A stretch of DNA of 64,000 nt, from NCBI RefSeq assembly GCF_001194135.2, contig NC_068987.1, positions 8,243,100 to 8,307,099 of the forward strand, given 5' to 3'. Source of the DNA: Octopus bimaculoides. Taxonomy: Eukaryota. The notes beneath the pieces are model-generated. The model was not told where the DNA came from and made no database searches. It was given only the letters and a program-made list of their open reading frames with translations. Shown here piece by piece: positions 25,357-37,688 of the stretch; position 1 is the stretch's first letter, and each line of letters opens with the position of its first letter. The position numbers and the translations under genes are program-made.

Positions 25357-25410
<54 letters not shown>
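25068..25410. mobile_element. SINE C fragments in opposite orientations (- 25068-25258; + 25266-25410 ending in (TA)n)
   Basis: TGTGACCATGCTGGGGCAC on -; CTTGGGCAAGTGTCTTCTACTAT..GAAACTGAAAGAAGCCC on +. Confidence 0.7.
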
Positions 25411-25411
<1 letters not shown>

Positions 25412-25944
25412 CATTTCCATTGCATTTTTATGATTTAAAAAATAAAAATACTTGTTTTCCTAAGCTAAAACAGTTTTTAATTATAAATTTTATTTCAAAT
25501 TTATAAAAAAAAAAAAAAAAATGATTTTCTCCATTTTAATTTCATAAATTGTCTTTTATAACGGTTTTAAATTAATTTAGTCTTCTGTTACGAACTATTG
25601 AGTCTTTATGTCAATTATAGTTCCAGCTTTGAAATAGCTTGTTTTGGAGTTTCTGTTGGAATCAATTTTACAAATAATGGTAAAGTTGGAGATTTTGAGT
25701 TGCTATTGTAAATTTTCCATTGTTTAGGAAATTTTTTTTTAACGTAATTACTATATAAATAAAAGAGTTAAAGTAATTGAAAAATTGAGCTTCAGTATTG
25801 CCCCCCACCTGACCCCTCTCTATCAGTAGCATATTTGATGGCATATAAGATGCATGGCCACACCTAATGCACCTCAATTGCAGAGGTGTATTTTCATGAA
25901 CAAAAATTTATAGTGCATTAAATTATGCAGTATTTTAGGTAACT

Positions 25945-26448
25945 AAGGCAGTGAGGAGCTGGCAGAAACGTTAGCACGCTGGACGAAATGCTTAGCGGTA
26001 TTTTGTCTGCCGTTATGTTCTGAGTTCAAATTCCACCGAGGTTGACTTTGCCTTTCATCCTTTCGGGGTCGATAAATTAAGTACCAGTTATGCACTGGGG
26101 TTGATGTAATCGACTTAACCCCTTTGTCTGTCCTTATTTGTCCCCTCTATGTTTAGCCCCTTGAGGGCAATAAAGAAATAAGAAACGTTAGCATGCCGGG
26201 TGAAATGCTTAGCGATATTTTGTCTGCCGTTACGTTTTGAGTTCAAATTCCGCCAAGGTCGACTTTGCCTTTCATCCTTTCGGGGTCGATAAATTAAGTA
26301 CCAGTTACGCATTGGGATCAATATAATTGACTTAACCCCTTTGTCTGTCCTTGTTTGTCCCCTCTGTGTGTAGCCCCTTGTGGGTAATAAAGAAATAAGA
26401 AACATTAGCACGCCGGGTGAAATGCTTAGTGGTATTTCGTCCATCTTT
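25945..26448 (+). mobile_element. Head-to-tail array of SINE family B (2 full units plus a partial third)
   Basis: AGAAAC at 25964, 26181 and 26398, a 217-bp period. Confidence 0.92.
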
Positions 26449-27484
26449 ATCGGATGATACTTCTTACGTGCCACCGGCACGGAAGCCAGTCAAGGTGGCA
26501 CTGGCATCAGCCATGTTCGGATGGTGCTTTTTATGTGCCTACGTTTGACAAAGTAATTTGAATGTTGAAGGAGGGAAAGTAACTTTGCATACAGGACCCA
26601 GAGTGATTCTAATTCCTGTTTACCTTAACTACAGGGTTAGGGTTACTAAACGACCCATAATTAGGGCCCTTGACTGGCATGCCACCCCAGGTTGGAACAG
26701 ATTGTGGTATAAGGGTGACTGAGTGGGGTAGCTTCATATTCCCTAAAATTCTTGAGCTCTCAAGCTGGAGCCTCATCACCAGATGGAGTTTGATGTCTTT
26801 GTTTTAGTGGCTATCATTTTATAAATGGAAGAATAAAATAATTTGGGGAACAGGTAAACAAAACCATCTCAAATATAAAAGAAAAAATAAAGAAAACAAA
26901 AGCAATTCTCAAAATGAAACAAAACAAAAAAAAAAGGAGTGGTGTGTTGGGGTCTATATCTTTATAACTCAAGTGCTAAATAACAACTGTTATATGGTAA
27001 TTGAACATGAAAGGAAATAAGCAAAAAAGACATTTCAAAGTTAAAAGAACATTTTCAGAAAGGAAATTTTGTTTATGTTAACAGGGAAAAAAAAAAAAAA
27101 AAAAGTCCTGAAAATGTATTTTAGAAATTTTTTTTTTTTTATGTGAGTGTTTGCTCGGAAGATTTGCTTTCTTTTAGAATTTTTGTTATGCCACTATGTG
27201 GTTTTTTTTATTTTTATTTATTTTGTTTTTGTGCAGAGGTCATGTTTTTTTTCTTTGTGTGTGTGTGTTTGTGATGTTGGTGTTTTTAAGTATATGCTTT
27301 TGCATAACTCGTTGCATAGAGAAACCTTTTAAAATAGAGGGGGAAATAAAAAGATGTCTTGTATCAATGCACAATTGAGCTTTATGAGTTTCACAGTCAA
27401 GACATCTCTTTAATCATTTTGTTTCCATCAAGATTTTTATTGGAACAAATTGTTGCAACTCAGCTTTTGGAATCAACGCCCCCT

Positions 27485-27523
<39 letters not shown>

Positions 27524-27550
27524 GTCAGTAATTTTTGGGAAATTTTTGGT

Positions 27551-27785
27551 TTGTCCCTTTAACAATGAAATAATTCTATCAAAACTAATGCTTATTTATT
27601 CACATTGTTTTCTATTAATCATGCATTATCTTGTAGCATCCAGATTTCAATGAAATGATGTGATTGTTTTATTTTTAGGCTAACATTGTAGGGCAGGTGT
27701 GAGAGACCTGATTTTGTAGGCTTAAACATAAAGCAAGTTGAATATCAGGACCTCTAGATATGGCTAGTTTAAATACTAAAGGGTT
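27551..27785. mobile_element. TTAA-type MITE family 2, degenerate
   Basis: Similar to 47519-47745 and 56052-56268; ends GTTTAAATACTAAAGGGTT. Confidence 0.65.
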
Positions 27786-27805
27786 TTTTTTTTTTTAGTT
27801 TTTTT

Positions 27806-28186
27806 TAACTTGTTTCAGTCATTTGACTGCAGCCATGCTGGAGCACTGCCTTTAATCAAACAAATAGACCCTACGACTTATTCTTTGTAAGCCTTGTACT
27901 TATACTATCAGTCTCTTTTGCCGAACTGCTAAGTTACGGTGATGTAAACACACCAACATTGGTTGTCAAGCGATGGTGGAGGGAGGACAAAAACAGACAC
28001 ACAAATACATACGTACACATACACACACACACACACACACTCACACACACACACACACACACATACACATAGAACAGGCTTCTTTCAGTTTCCATCTACC
28101 AAATCCACTCACAAGGCTTTGGTTGGCCGAAAGCTATATATAGTAGAAGACACTTGCCCAAGGTGCCACACAATGGGACTGAACCT
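27806..28186 (-). mobile_element. SINE family C
   Basis: Tail, internal (CA)n and CORE-like GAAGACACTTGCCCAAGGTGCCAC. Confidence 0.88.
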
Positions 28187-28496
28187 ATCAAAGTCGACAT
28201 CAGATGAGTGGCATGAAATTTTTGGCACCAAAAGCGCTATGCCAATACATCTCATACTTGAGGTCTTTGTAGTCATTTTCTCTTTAACTTTTAGCTCACT
28301 GTAGGTGAATCATATCGCCATACAAATTTTCTCCCTTCTCAGTGCAACACAATATCCCTGCAGCTGCAAGAGAGAAAACTTGTATGGTGATATGATTTGC
28401 CTAAGTGTGCTGAAGGTTAAAATTCTTAGCTTGTGGCTAAAATTGAAGGTTTCATTATAACTATATGTTCTGATTTCTTCATTAAAGAATTGTCAT

Positions 28497-28583
28497 TTAA
28501 CACATAAAGCATGACGGGCCACGGTTGTGGCCGTCAGGCACAGGTCGACCGGCTACAATCGTGGCCCAGATAGATGCATTTAA
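28497..28583. mobile_element. Short TTAA-bounded palindromic element (mini-MITE candidate)
   Basis: Inverted arms GGGCCACGGTTGTGGCCG (28516-28533) and CGGCTACAATCGTGGCCC (28550-28567), 16/18 matched; TTAA at 28497 and 28580. Confidence 0.5.
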
Positions 28584-30249
28584 TTTATGGGCGTTTGTTG
28601 GGGGTCTAATGTCACTCAAATGCTCCGATTCCCCCCATAATGCAAGAGGACTAATAGTACAACTAATGACTTTTCAGATGATGTAAAACTTGCCACCATT
28701 ATATACTACTAAGAAGATATTTTAACTATTGTTTTGCTTTTTATGTATGCATGGTAGTCTCATTTTCATAAAATGTGCACAGCAGTCCATGTTATGTAAG
28801 TGCAAATCCCAGCAGTCTATGGGTTAATATTCAATGTAAATTTATTCTGCCTTTCATCCTTTTGGGGTTGGTAAAATAAGAACCAGTTGAACCCTGAGGT
28901 TGATTTGACTTCCTCCCTCTCCCAAAATTGCTGGCCTTGTGCCAGAATTTGAGACTGATATTTTAAGTAAATTTTCATGTTTCAATTCACGGAAACTTTC
29001 CCTATTTGCTTGCTTATTTGTTATTCAGTTCAGAACATGCAATAAAATGGCGTTCAACTCAATAAATACAGTTTTAGTCACTGCTACACTTTTTACTTAT
29101 ACCTTGTCCTATTTTCTTCAGCATATCTTGTTAATCAATAACTTTTAATGCTCTTCTCTGCTTTAAGCATTGCAATGGGTTGTAAAAAGCATTTAATCAT
29201 CTGTACTGTGTGTTTCATATGTTGTTTGTGCACTTATTCACTTTGCAAAATGCAGCAGTAGACATAAACTAACCAGTATATTGTTAGTAATTTTCTTCTG
29301 TTGTATAATAGTTAAAATATCACTTTTTGATTATTCTGGGGTTTTTTATTATTATTTCACAAGTTTTCTGTGCTTACTTTCAAACTTAACAATATTTTCA
29401 GTTTTCACCTGATATTATTTTGTGATATTATTGCTGTGTGCCAGTTGGAATGCTATAATTTTTGAAGAAAGTGTATTAAATTTTACAGAAATTTAAGTAC
29501 TTAGGCAGACAGTTTTGCATCACGGTTAGGTTCTCATTACGTAATTACATATTCTATTCTACTTTGTTCCCAACATGAGCCCACCAAAATCATATTAGCC
29601 ATACTTGTGTGTCCGCAATAAATATTTAATGAAATTCGTGTGAAATTATCTATTGACATTCATTTATCCCACTCATCTATTATCATTGTCATAGTTCTCA
29701 TACACATACCGATCTAGCTGAGATGATGTTGGTTTGGTGCAAGGCTCAGCACGATACCGAATGTATTTGTAATCTTATGACCCTCTAGGGATGAAGAGAA
29801 CTTAATCTAATTTGTTAAAACGTGTAAAGGATGGACGTTACGCATTTTCATTTTCACTCCTCTTCATGTCTGTGGAATGTCACATTGTCAACTCACATCA
29901 GCTCAGCCATGGTCATTCACACCACATCATAAGCCGTTGTTTGTTATTAGTTTGTCGTTACCTTGGTTAACTTATCGAGGCCGTAAGTTATATTAGACAC
30001 TAGAAGCAATGTTGGAAAATGTAGTTGGTGAGAAGACGATAAAGAGATTGGATATCATTTGCAGTGATCCGCATTGGGGTTTAAAAAAACCTATTATAAT
30101 TTGGATCTTGTTGTATGTTATTGTTACATTTCTCTGGAAATACTAGACTGAAGTATTTATTTGGTTTAATCCAACAAATGGATTTGTCTCACACTCAGTA
30201 ATGATGGTGTTCTGTAGGTTTATTGCTTCTTATCTACATGGAGGTAATA

Positions 30250-30461
30250 CTCTTTTACTTGTTTCAGTCATTTGACTCTGGCCATGCTGGAGCACCGCCT
30301 TTAGTCGAGGAAATCGACCCCAGGACTTATTCTTTTGTAAGCCTAGTACTTATTCTATCGGTCTCTTTTGCCGAATCACTAAGTTACGGGGACGTAAACA
30401 CACCAGCATCAGTTGTCAAGCGATGTTGGGGGGGGGGGGACAAACACAGACACAAACATAT

Positions 30462-30492
<31 letters not shown>

Positions 30493-30646
30493 CACACACA
30501 TATGTACGACGGGCTTCTTTCAGTTTCCGTCTACTAAATCTACTCACAAGGCTTTGGTCGGCCTGAGGCTATAGTAGAAGACTCTTGCCCAAGGTACCAC
30601 GCAGTGGGATTGAACCCGGAACCATGTGGTTAGTAAGCAAGCTACT
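30250..30646 (-). mobile_element. SINE family C, young near-full-length copy
   Basis: Closely matches the family pattern with CpGs retained; internal (CA)/(TA) run. Confidence 0.92.
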
Positions 30647-30725
30647 CCGTTGATATTGTTATTGTTTAACTGCAAATATTCAATCAATTCCTAAACCTCT
30701 CTCAAAATATATGGCCGTATGGTGA

Positions 30726-31014
30726 AGGCACATGGCCTAGTGGTTAGGGTGCTACACTCATGATCTCTATATCATGGGTTCAATTTCTGGACTGAGTGGC
30801 TTGTTGCGTTCTTGAGCAAAATGCTGTGTTTCATGTTGCCCCAGTTCACTCAGCTGTAAATAAGTAACCCTCCCATAGACTGGCCTTCCAGTCAGGAGGA
30901 ACGCTGGCCTGTTCTAGCCTGCAAGGTGGTTTCATTTGAAAGCTAAAACCCTACAAAGCACATTGTGACTAGCAATGTGTAACAACATCTGATTGTCTAA
31001 GTAGACCACGTGAT
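30726..31014 (+). mobile_element. SINE family F with an alternative tail
   Basis: TGGCCTAGTGGTTAGG..GGGTTCAATTTC..GTTCTTGAGCAAAATGC..CCAGTTCACTCAGCTGTAAAT. Confidence 0.72.
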
Positions 31015-31304
31015 AAGGCCTTCTACCAGATTTAGAACTCAGCATTATTAAGGTTAGGTGGTTGCAGTAGAGAATCAGAAATTGGTAAGGGGTGGAGGGC
31101 AGTGAGTTTAAATGTCCTTAGTATTCCCTTATGTTCATTTCATTGACTTCCTGTCTTTGTAGAAAGCAATGTGGACCCCCATTAAAGCTTCAGCTCAAAT
31201 TGTAGAGGGGTGATAGGGTGACTAGTGCCATTAATGTATTTTCATGCAGCCTTTTGCTATCTCATCTTCTCCATCACCTTGATGATGATGATGATGATGA
31301 TGAT

Positions 31305-31520
31305 AATGGTCCTTTCTACTATAGGCACAAGGCCTGAAATTGTGGGGGACTAGCTGATTACATTGACCCCAGTATTTCATTGGTACTTAATTTATTGACC
31401 CCGAAAGGATGAAAGGTGAAGTCAACTTCAGCAGAATTTGAACTTCGGGCATAAAGATGGACAAAATACCGCTTAGCCTTTTGCCCAGTTTGCTAATGAT
31501 TCTGCCAGCTCGCTGCCTTA
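31305..31520 (-). mobile_element. SINE family B
   Basis: TGGTACTTAATTTATTGACCCCGAAAGGATGAAAGG..GCTAATGATTCTGCCAGCTCGCTGCC. Confidence 0.85.
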
Positions 31521-31558
31521 ATAATAATAATAATAATAATAATAGTAATAATAATAAT

Positions 31559-31972
31559 AAATGCCCGGATGCAGTACCAGGCAGTGGCTCTCATGGCTTT
31601 TGATCTTAAACTAATTGGACGTGTTATCATATACATTGTTTAGTCTTGGTATAAAAGATGGGCTACAGCAAATATTCTGCTCAATACCACAGATTTGCTT
31701 GTCAGTTGTTTGACCTTAACCAGTCAAACATGTCCCTTGGTGGCTGATGAGATGTGCATCTCTGATCATGAGCAGGAGTAGTGGGGGGAGCATCATAGCC
31801 ATGTGTTGAGAGGAATTCTTTGGAGTTTGAATAATTCACCTCTGCAAACATGGGTACTTCACTCAACATCCTTAAACAACCTTTATTCAGGGACCTTTTG
31901 ACTGGAATGGGCTACTCTTCGTATATTTACCCCAGTGTCACTTTGGTTGCATGCACTGCTCTCTCACTCAAT
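31559..31972. mobile_element. Family E copy with an internal deletion of about 147 bp
   Basis: Aligns to 19637-20186 but joins GGGCTACTC directly to TTCGTATATT. Confidence 0.8.
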
Positions 31973-33831
31973 AATGGTTTCAAATTTTGCCACAAGGCCT
32001 GCAGTTTTTGAGGGGAGGGGAAATTGATTGCATTGGCTCCAATACTTGATTGATACTTATTTTATCGAAGCTGAAACAAACGGCAAAGTCAACCTCGGCA
32101 GAATTAACTCTTTTTGTTTACCCTACAGTTTGTTGTTGTTTTTGACCTGTTTAGGCATTTTAGAAATTTCTTTCTCTCTCTCTCCCTTTTTTTTTTTTGT
32201 ATTCCATTTTATTATTAAAGTCTCAAGATTACCTAACATCAATGTGTTGCTGTATATACATACATTCATGTGGGCGTACGCATGTTCATAGTGTGTATAT
32301 GTGCTTGTGTATTCACATATATATCTGTGTGTGTTTGCGGAGAAAATGAGGAATGCTACCTCCATGGTGTGTAACTNNNNNNNNNNNNNNNNNNNNNNNN
32401 NNNNNNNNNNNNNNNNNNNNNNNNNNNNNNNNNNACCACCACCACCACCACCACCACTACGGCTGCTGTTTGCCACCACCGCCGCCGCCCTCACCCTCGC
32501 TGTTTGTTTTCTATGTTAACCAGTTTCTGCTTTGCAGCTCTTGTTCCCCTCTTGTCAGATTACTTTGAGCCGTTTCACTATTTTACTCTTCATTTGTGTT
32601 TTAATCAAGGAATTCAATGCAGCAACGCACATTGCTCATTGGCTGCTCTCTCTCTTTTCTCTTCTCTCCCCCTCTCTATCTCCCCCGATCTCTCTCTCTC
32701 TCTCTCTCTCTCGCTCCATGATATGGGTGAAAAGAATAACTCTGTTGTCTATAACATGCTCTATGATCAACTAAATCACATTTGACACCTGGTTTGCTGC
32801 TTAATGAAGCTATCACCAAAAAAACAGTGGGGGAGTTTTTTGTTCATTACATATATATACATATATATATATGTGTGTGTGTGTGTATATGTATATATAT
32901 GTGCTTATATATATTTGTATATGTTTTGTGCAATAGTATGTTGGTGGTGTGTGTGTGTGGGTGCGTGGGGTTAGCTTGTTCTAGAAGTGGATGTTGTTCC
33001 TTTCCCTTCTCTCTATTTCACCCCCTCCATCGCTCCACCCCCACCCCGCCACCGACTTTGGTTTCTTGTGTTTCTCTCTTCTCCCTCCCCTCCCTCCCCC
33101 ACACCTATTTTCTTTTTCCTTGCTCACATCTATCACCTTTCCNNNNNNNNNNNNNNNNNNNNNNNNNNNNNNNNNNNNNNNNNNNNNNNNNNNNNNNNNN
33201 NNNNNNNNNNNNNNNNNNNNNNNNNNNNNNNNNNNNNNNNNNNNNNNNNNNNNNNNNNNNNNNNNNNNNNNNNNNNNNNNNNNNNNNNNNNNNNNNNNNN
33301 NNNNNNNNNNNNNNNNNNNNNNNNNNNNNNNNNNNNNNNNNNNNNNNNNNNNNNNNNNNNNNNNNNNNNNNNNNNNNNNNNNNNNNNNNNNNNNNNNNNN
33401 NNNNNNNNNNNNNNNNNNNNNNNNNNNCCCCCCCTCCACCTCTGTCTCTCTTCTTTTCTCATCATTATTTCTTCTTCTTCTCACATCTGGTTTATCTTCT
33501 TCATTTCAAATTCTTCCTTTGCTCTTCTCTTTCTTTGAGGTTTAAAGAGAGAAGAACGGAATGTGGAACCAACCCCAGTGATAAGCACTGGCGCTGGCTG
33601 ACCTTATCCTTGTGGTTTGGGAAAGGATTAAAGAGAAAATTCAGCTGAAAAAGCAAATAGTTGGACAAAACATTCTGACACAGCCTTTCTGGCTTCATGG
33701 TGTTATTTAGCCCCGGGTCAACCCCGATCCAATTTAGCTATGATCGATAATTCCAGCTGCACCACCATATTCTTTCTATCTTTGTCCCCTTTTTTTTGGC
33801 TGTTGTCAAAAGTGAAGGTGAAACTTATTTT

Positions 33832-34075
33832 ATCTCTTACCTGTTTCAGTCGTTGGACTGCGGCCATGCTGGGGCACCACCTCAAAGTGTTTTAGTTGAA
33901 TGAATTGACTACGGTATTTAACAGGTTTAATTTTGGTAACTTATTTTATCGGTCCCTTATGCCAAGCTGAGGAGGTAAACAAACCAATACCAGTTGTCTC
34001 AGAACTTAGAGACAGATGAAATACTGCCAAGCATTTTGCCCAGCATGCTAATGATTCTGCCAGCTCATCACCATA
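33832..34075 (-). mobile_element. SINE C tail (33832-33997) followed by SINE B head (34000-34075)
   Basis: GTTTCAGTCGTTGGACTGCGGCCATGCTGGGGCACC; GCATTTTGCCCAGCATGCTAATGATTCTGCCAGCTC. Confidence 0.72.
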
Positions 34076-34855
34076 ATATTAATAATAATAATAATAATAA
34101 TTATAATAATTCTTTCTAATTTTGGCACAAGCCCAGAAATTTTGTGGGGAGGGGTTAATCTAGAGTTTTTAGCACAGATTCAAAGAAGAGCTGTGAAGAA
34201 TTATAACATTTATGCTTTTCTTAAGACCATCAGCAATTTAAAGACAACGGCATTGGTAACGAGCATCACTACCATCATCATCTTCATCAACATCATCACT
34301 ATCATCACCATCATCATTGTCATCATCATCAAGCCCCAGTAGATTATTGATCTGGTTTGGGATGTAATAAATAAATTTGGCCAAAGAACTGAGTTAGTTT
34401 AGCCAAACTGTAGAATAAATATAGTCATTTTGATTTTCTCTGGAATCTATCCCGCTACCATTGATTTCAAAGTGGCATTGCTGCAATTTAATAGATAGAA
34501 TCTAATTAAACATATCTGCGTGTGTGTATGTGTACGTCAGGGTAACACTGTGTGTGTTTGTGTAATGCACTATATGTGTGTGCGTGTGTGTATGTGTGAG
34601 AGTGTGGGGCTTTAAGTCTGTTTGTAATCAACAGTGTGTAAAGTTGTCTGGCTGTGTCAGCTGTTGTTTGCTGTGTCTGTTCAAGTCCTTATATACATGT
34701 GTGTGTGTGTGTGCGTGTGTGTGTGTGTGTGCATCATATGTTTAAGTGAACACATGGTTGTGTATATGTATTTGTGTTGCCTCTGTGTGTGTGTGTGTCT
34801 GAGTGCAAGTGTGCACCTCTACACATATCTTCTTAGACGGATTTTATTTTCTTTT

Positions 34856-35110
34856 ATAGGCACAGATGTGGCTGTGTGGTAAGAAGTTTGCTCCCCAACC
34901 ACATGGTGTACATACGTGTGTGTGTGTGTGTGTTACTGTCTCCTTGCTGTGACTTCACGAGATGCTTCTTAACATGTGTCACCATCATGCTAGCATTGTC
35001 CTTTGTTTCCAGTCTTCCATGAAAACATGTCAAGTCATGAGGAAATATTACTCTACCTGGAAGCAGGTAAGGGTTGGTGACAGGAAGAGCATTTGGTCGT
35101 AAAAAATCTC
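34856..35110 (+). mobile_element. SINE C head joined to the alternative D-related tail
   Basis: GTGGCTGTGTGGTAAGAAGTTTGC..(GT)n..CTTCCATGAAAACATGTC..GGTTGGTGACAGGAAGAGCAT. Confidence 0.7.
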
Positions 35111-35111
35111 T

Positions 35112-35432
35112 ATTTCTGGTGCTTGGTAGAGCTGAAGTCATCCCGGGTTAGCAGTCCTAGAGATGTCGTTGTGTGTAGAGCTGACCAAGTCCACCATTCT
35201 CCCTCCCCCATCATTAGCAGTCCTGTACCAGCCTCTTTGCATCCTCCAAGGCAACATTGAGCCTCTGGAGGTCTTCCTTAATCACATGCAGCTGTTTGGT
35301 GCAGGGTCTGCAACAAGGCTTTTTTCCAGCTCACAGCTGCTACATCGGAGAAGAGTAAGGCCCTGGTAGGATGACCTAACGAGAGACAGAGGACATGTCC
35401 ATATCTGCTCAACAAATTCTGTCCATCTCAGG
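35112..35432 (-). pseudogene. Degenerate 3' end of an RTE-clade LINE ORF
   Basis: Manual minus-strand translation with a frameshift: LSRYGHVLCLSLGHPTRALLFSDVAAVSWKK / PCCRPCTKQLHVIKEDLQRLNVALEDAKRLVQD, resembling the RTE C-terminal LRWxGHV..GRPR..W..D. Confidence 0.75.
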
Positions 35433-35869
35433 TGAGCACAGAAAAGTGAACATAAATACTATGATGATGATATCCTTGCTCTTCTCCCCACACCCATATT
35501 TTCATTCATACAATTGCTCACATAAAAGTATACGGTGTGTGTCTCATTTTCTCTTTCTTATATAGAGAGCTTCACCCTTAAAACTTATTTATAAACTTCA
35601 TGATGGAATACATTTTTGGATTTACAGTAATTAACAAATAGTTTCTTTCATTTGAGAGATGATCCTGATCTTTCCATCGTATTTTCTTTTGTTTTACATA
35701 TACTTCCTCTTTGATAGTTACTCTCACACACACACACACACTCCATTCTGCAACTTGGGTATAAGGCCCCTGCCCCATTTTTGTTACATCTCTAACCATC
35801 TTTCTTTCCTGTCTCTCCCTTCTCCAGCCGAGGAAGCTATGTCTCTCTTCTAGTGCAAGACCTCTTTCT

Positions 35870-36090
35870 GTCCCTCAGTATTACTCCCCACCTCAGTTGA
35901 GAGGGTCCTGCTTTGCAAGCTACTCAGTCACCTCTCTACTGCTGGTGCCACATAAAAAGCACCCAGTACACTCTAAAGTGGCTGATGTTGATTGAGAGGG
36001 GCATCCAGCTGTATAAACCATGCCAAGGCAGGCAGCAGAGGTTGGTGTAGTCTTTTGATTTGTCTATTCCTGTGAAGCTGTCCTACTTAT
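35870..36090 (+). mobile_element. Family D retroposon fragment
   Basis: GCTGGTGCCACATAAAAAGCACCCAGTACACTC..GGGCATCCAGCTGTATAAACCATGCC. Confidence 0.7.
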
Positions 36091-37167
36091 TTTGTGAGTG
36101 TGTCTGTGTGTCTGCACATGATGGCAGGGTGTAAGAGAGAAAGAAAAGAAGCTGTGAAAGGTGTTATAAATTTCAGAAGCAAAAGAGGAAAACATAAGGG
36201 AAATCACTCTTTTACATTGCTGGTATCTATCTGTTTTATAAACCTGCTGGGAGATGAAAAGGGATAAAGCCTTCGAGTGAATTTGAACTCTTAAACTGGT
36301 GGTTACAAACTAAACAGGGGACATCTTGTTTGTTATTATTTCGGTGAATTCCACTGCTTTAGTCTTTAAAAAGTCATTTCTGGTGACGATGGGGATGATG
36401 ATGGGGCTGGTAGTGTCAGAAAATGGGACTTTTGAGGAGATTTTAATTTGAAGGAGTGACAGGGGTGGGGTGGAGGGTGGAGGTGGCCTCTCTTGTGCTT
36501 TTGTTTGGTTGGACAAAAGATTAATTTCTCACATAAGCCAATGTCACACTTACTATTTGTTCATCTCTTTCTCTCACTATTTATCCATCTCTCTCTCTCT
36601 CTCTCTCTCATATCTTCAGGTCCCCAGCAGGTAAATTGTTCCCAAATGCAATGAGTGTTGTCAATATAGGCAAATATAAGAGGTAGAAATAGGGGCAAAC
36701 AGCCAACCGAATATGATTTATTTTATCTTTATTTATATACTGTATTGTTATTTATTTTTCCCTAGTTTTTTTTTTCTTCTTTTCTTTTGTGGTTTATGTG
36801 TGTTGCAGATTTCTTCTGACACATTATATCTGAGTATGTTGTTGGTGTTGGCAGTGGCAAGGTGGGGGTGTTGTATTTGTGTGGCTTCTGGTTTGGCAGG
36901 GTAGGAGGGAGTGGAGCAATGAAATCTAAGTGGAACAATTTCATCTGAGGTTGAGTTTCTTCCTTTCACCTGTTAATCACTGGACTGGAACTGAAGTCCT
37001 GTTTAAAATACCTTTCTTTCAATGACCTACAATTAATGGCTTCTACTTTTACATTCTAGCCCTGAGTCTAGCTTACTGGCTAAATTGGGATGAAGTATAG
37101 GGTCTACTTTTAAACAGCTGGTTTAAAACTGAGATGTGAAAGCACCCCTTCATCATAGATAGATTCC

Positions 37168-37388
37168 TATTTCTTTACTGCCCACAAGGGACTACACAGA
37201 GGGGACAGACAAATGGATTAAGTCGATTATATCAACTCCAGTGTGTAATTGGTACTTATTTAATTGACCCTGAAAGGATGAAAGGCCAAGCCGGCCTCAG
37301 CGGAATTTGAACTCAGAACGTAGTGGCAGACGAAATACCGCTAAGCATTTCGCCCGGCGTGCTAACGATTCTGTCAACTTGCCACCCT
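37168..37388 (-). mobile_element. SINE family B, full length, with 16-bp TSD
   Basis: TSD ATCATAGATAGATTCC at 37152-37167 and 37389-37404. Confidence 0.93.
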
Positions 37389-37600
37389 ATCATAGATAGA
37401 TTCCACTTTATTGTATGGAGGTTTGTTGACAGAGCAAAACATTAAACTATGAAAATGCTTTACAATATTTATTTTGTGTTTTTTCTTTCCTAAGCATAAC
37501 ACATCTCTTAAACTTTCGGTTGTGCTTCTGGCCATCTTCAAAGGCATTTCATTTAGAGATTTTGTCTTAAAATTTTTGTTTCCCCTTCACATGTACACAG

Positions 37601-37688
37601 ACAAACACACATGCTTACACAAACACACATGCTTACACAAACACACATGCTTACACAAACACACATGCTTACACAAACACACACACAC
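37601..37688. repeat. 18-bp minisatellite ACAAACACACATGCTTAC, 4 perfect copies plus a partial
   Basis: Units start at 37601, 37619, 37637, 37655 and 37673. Confidence 0.95.
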
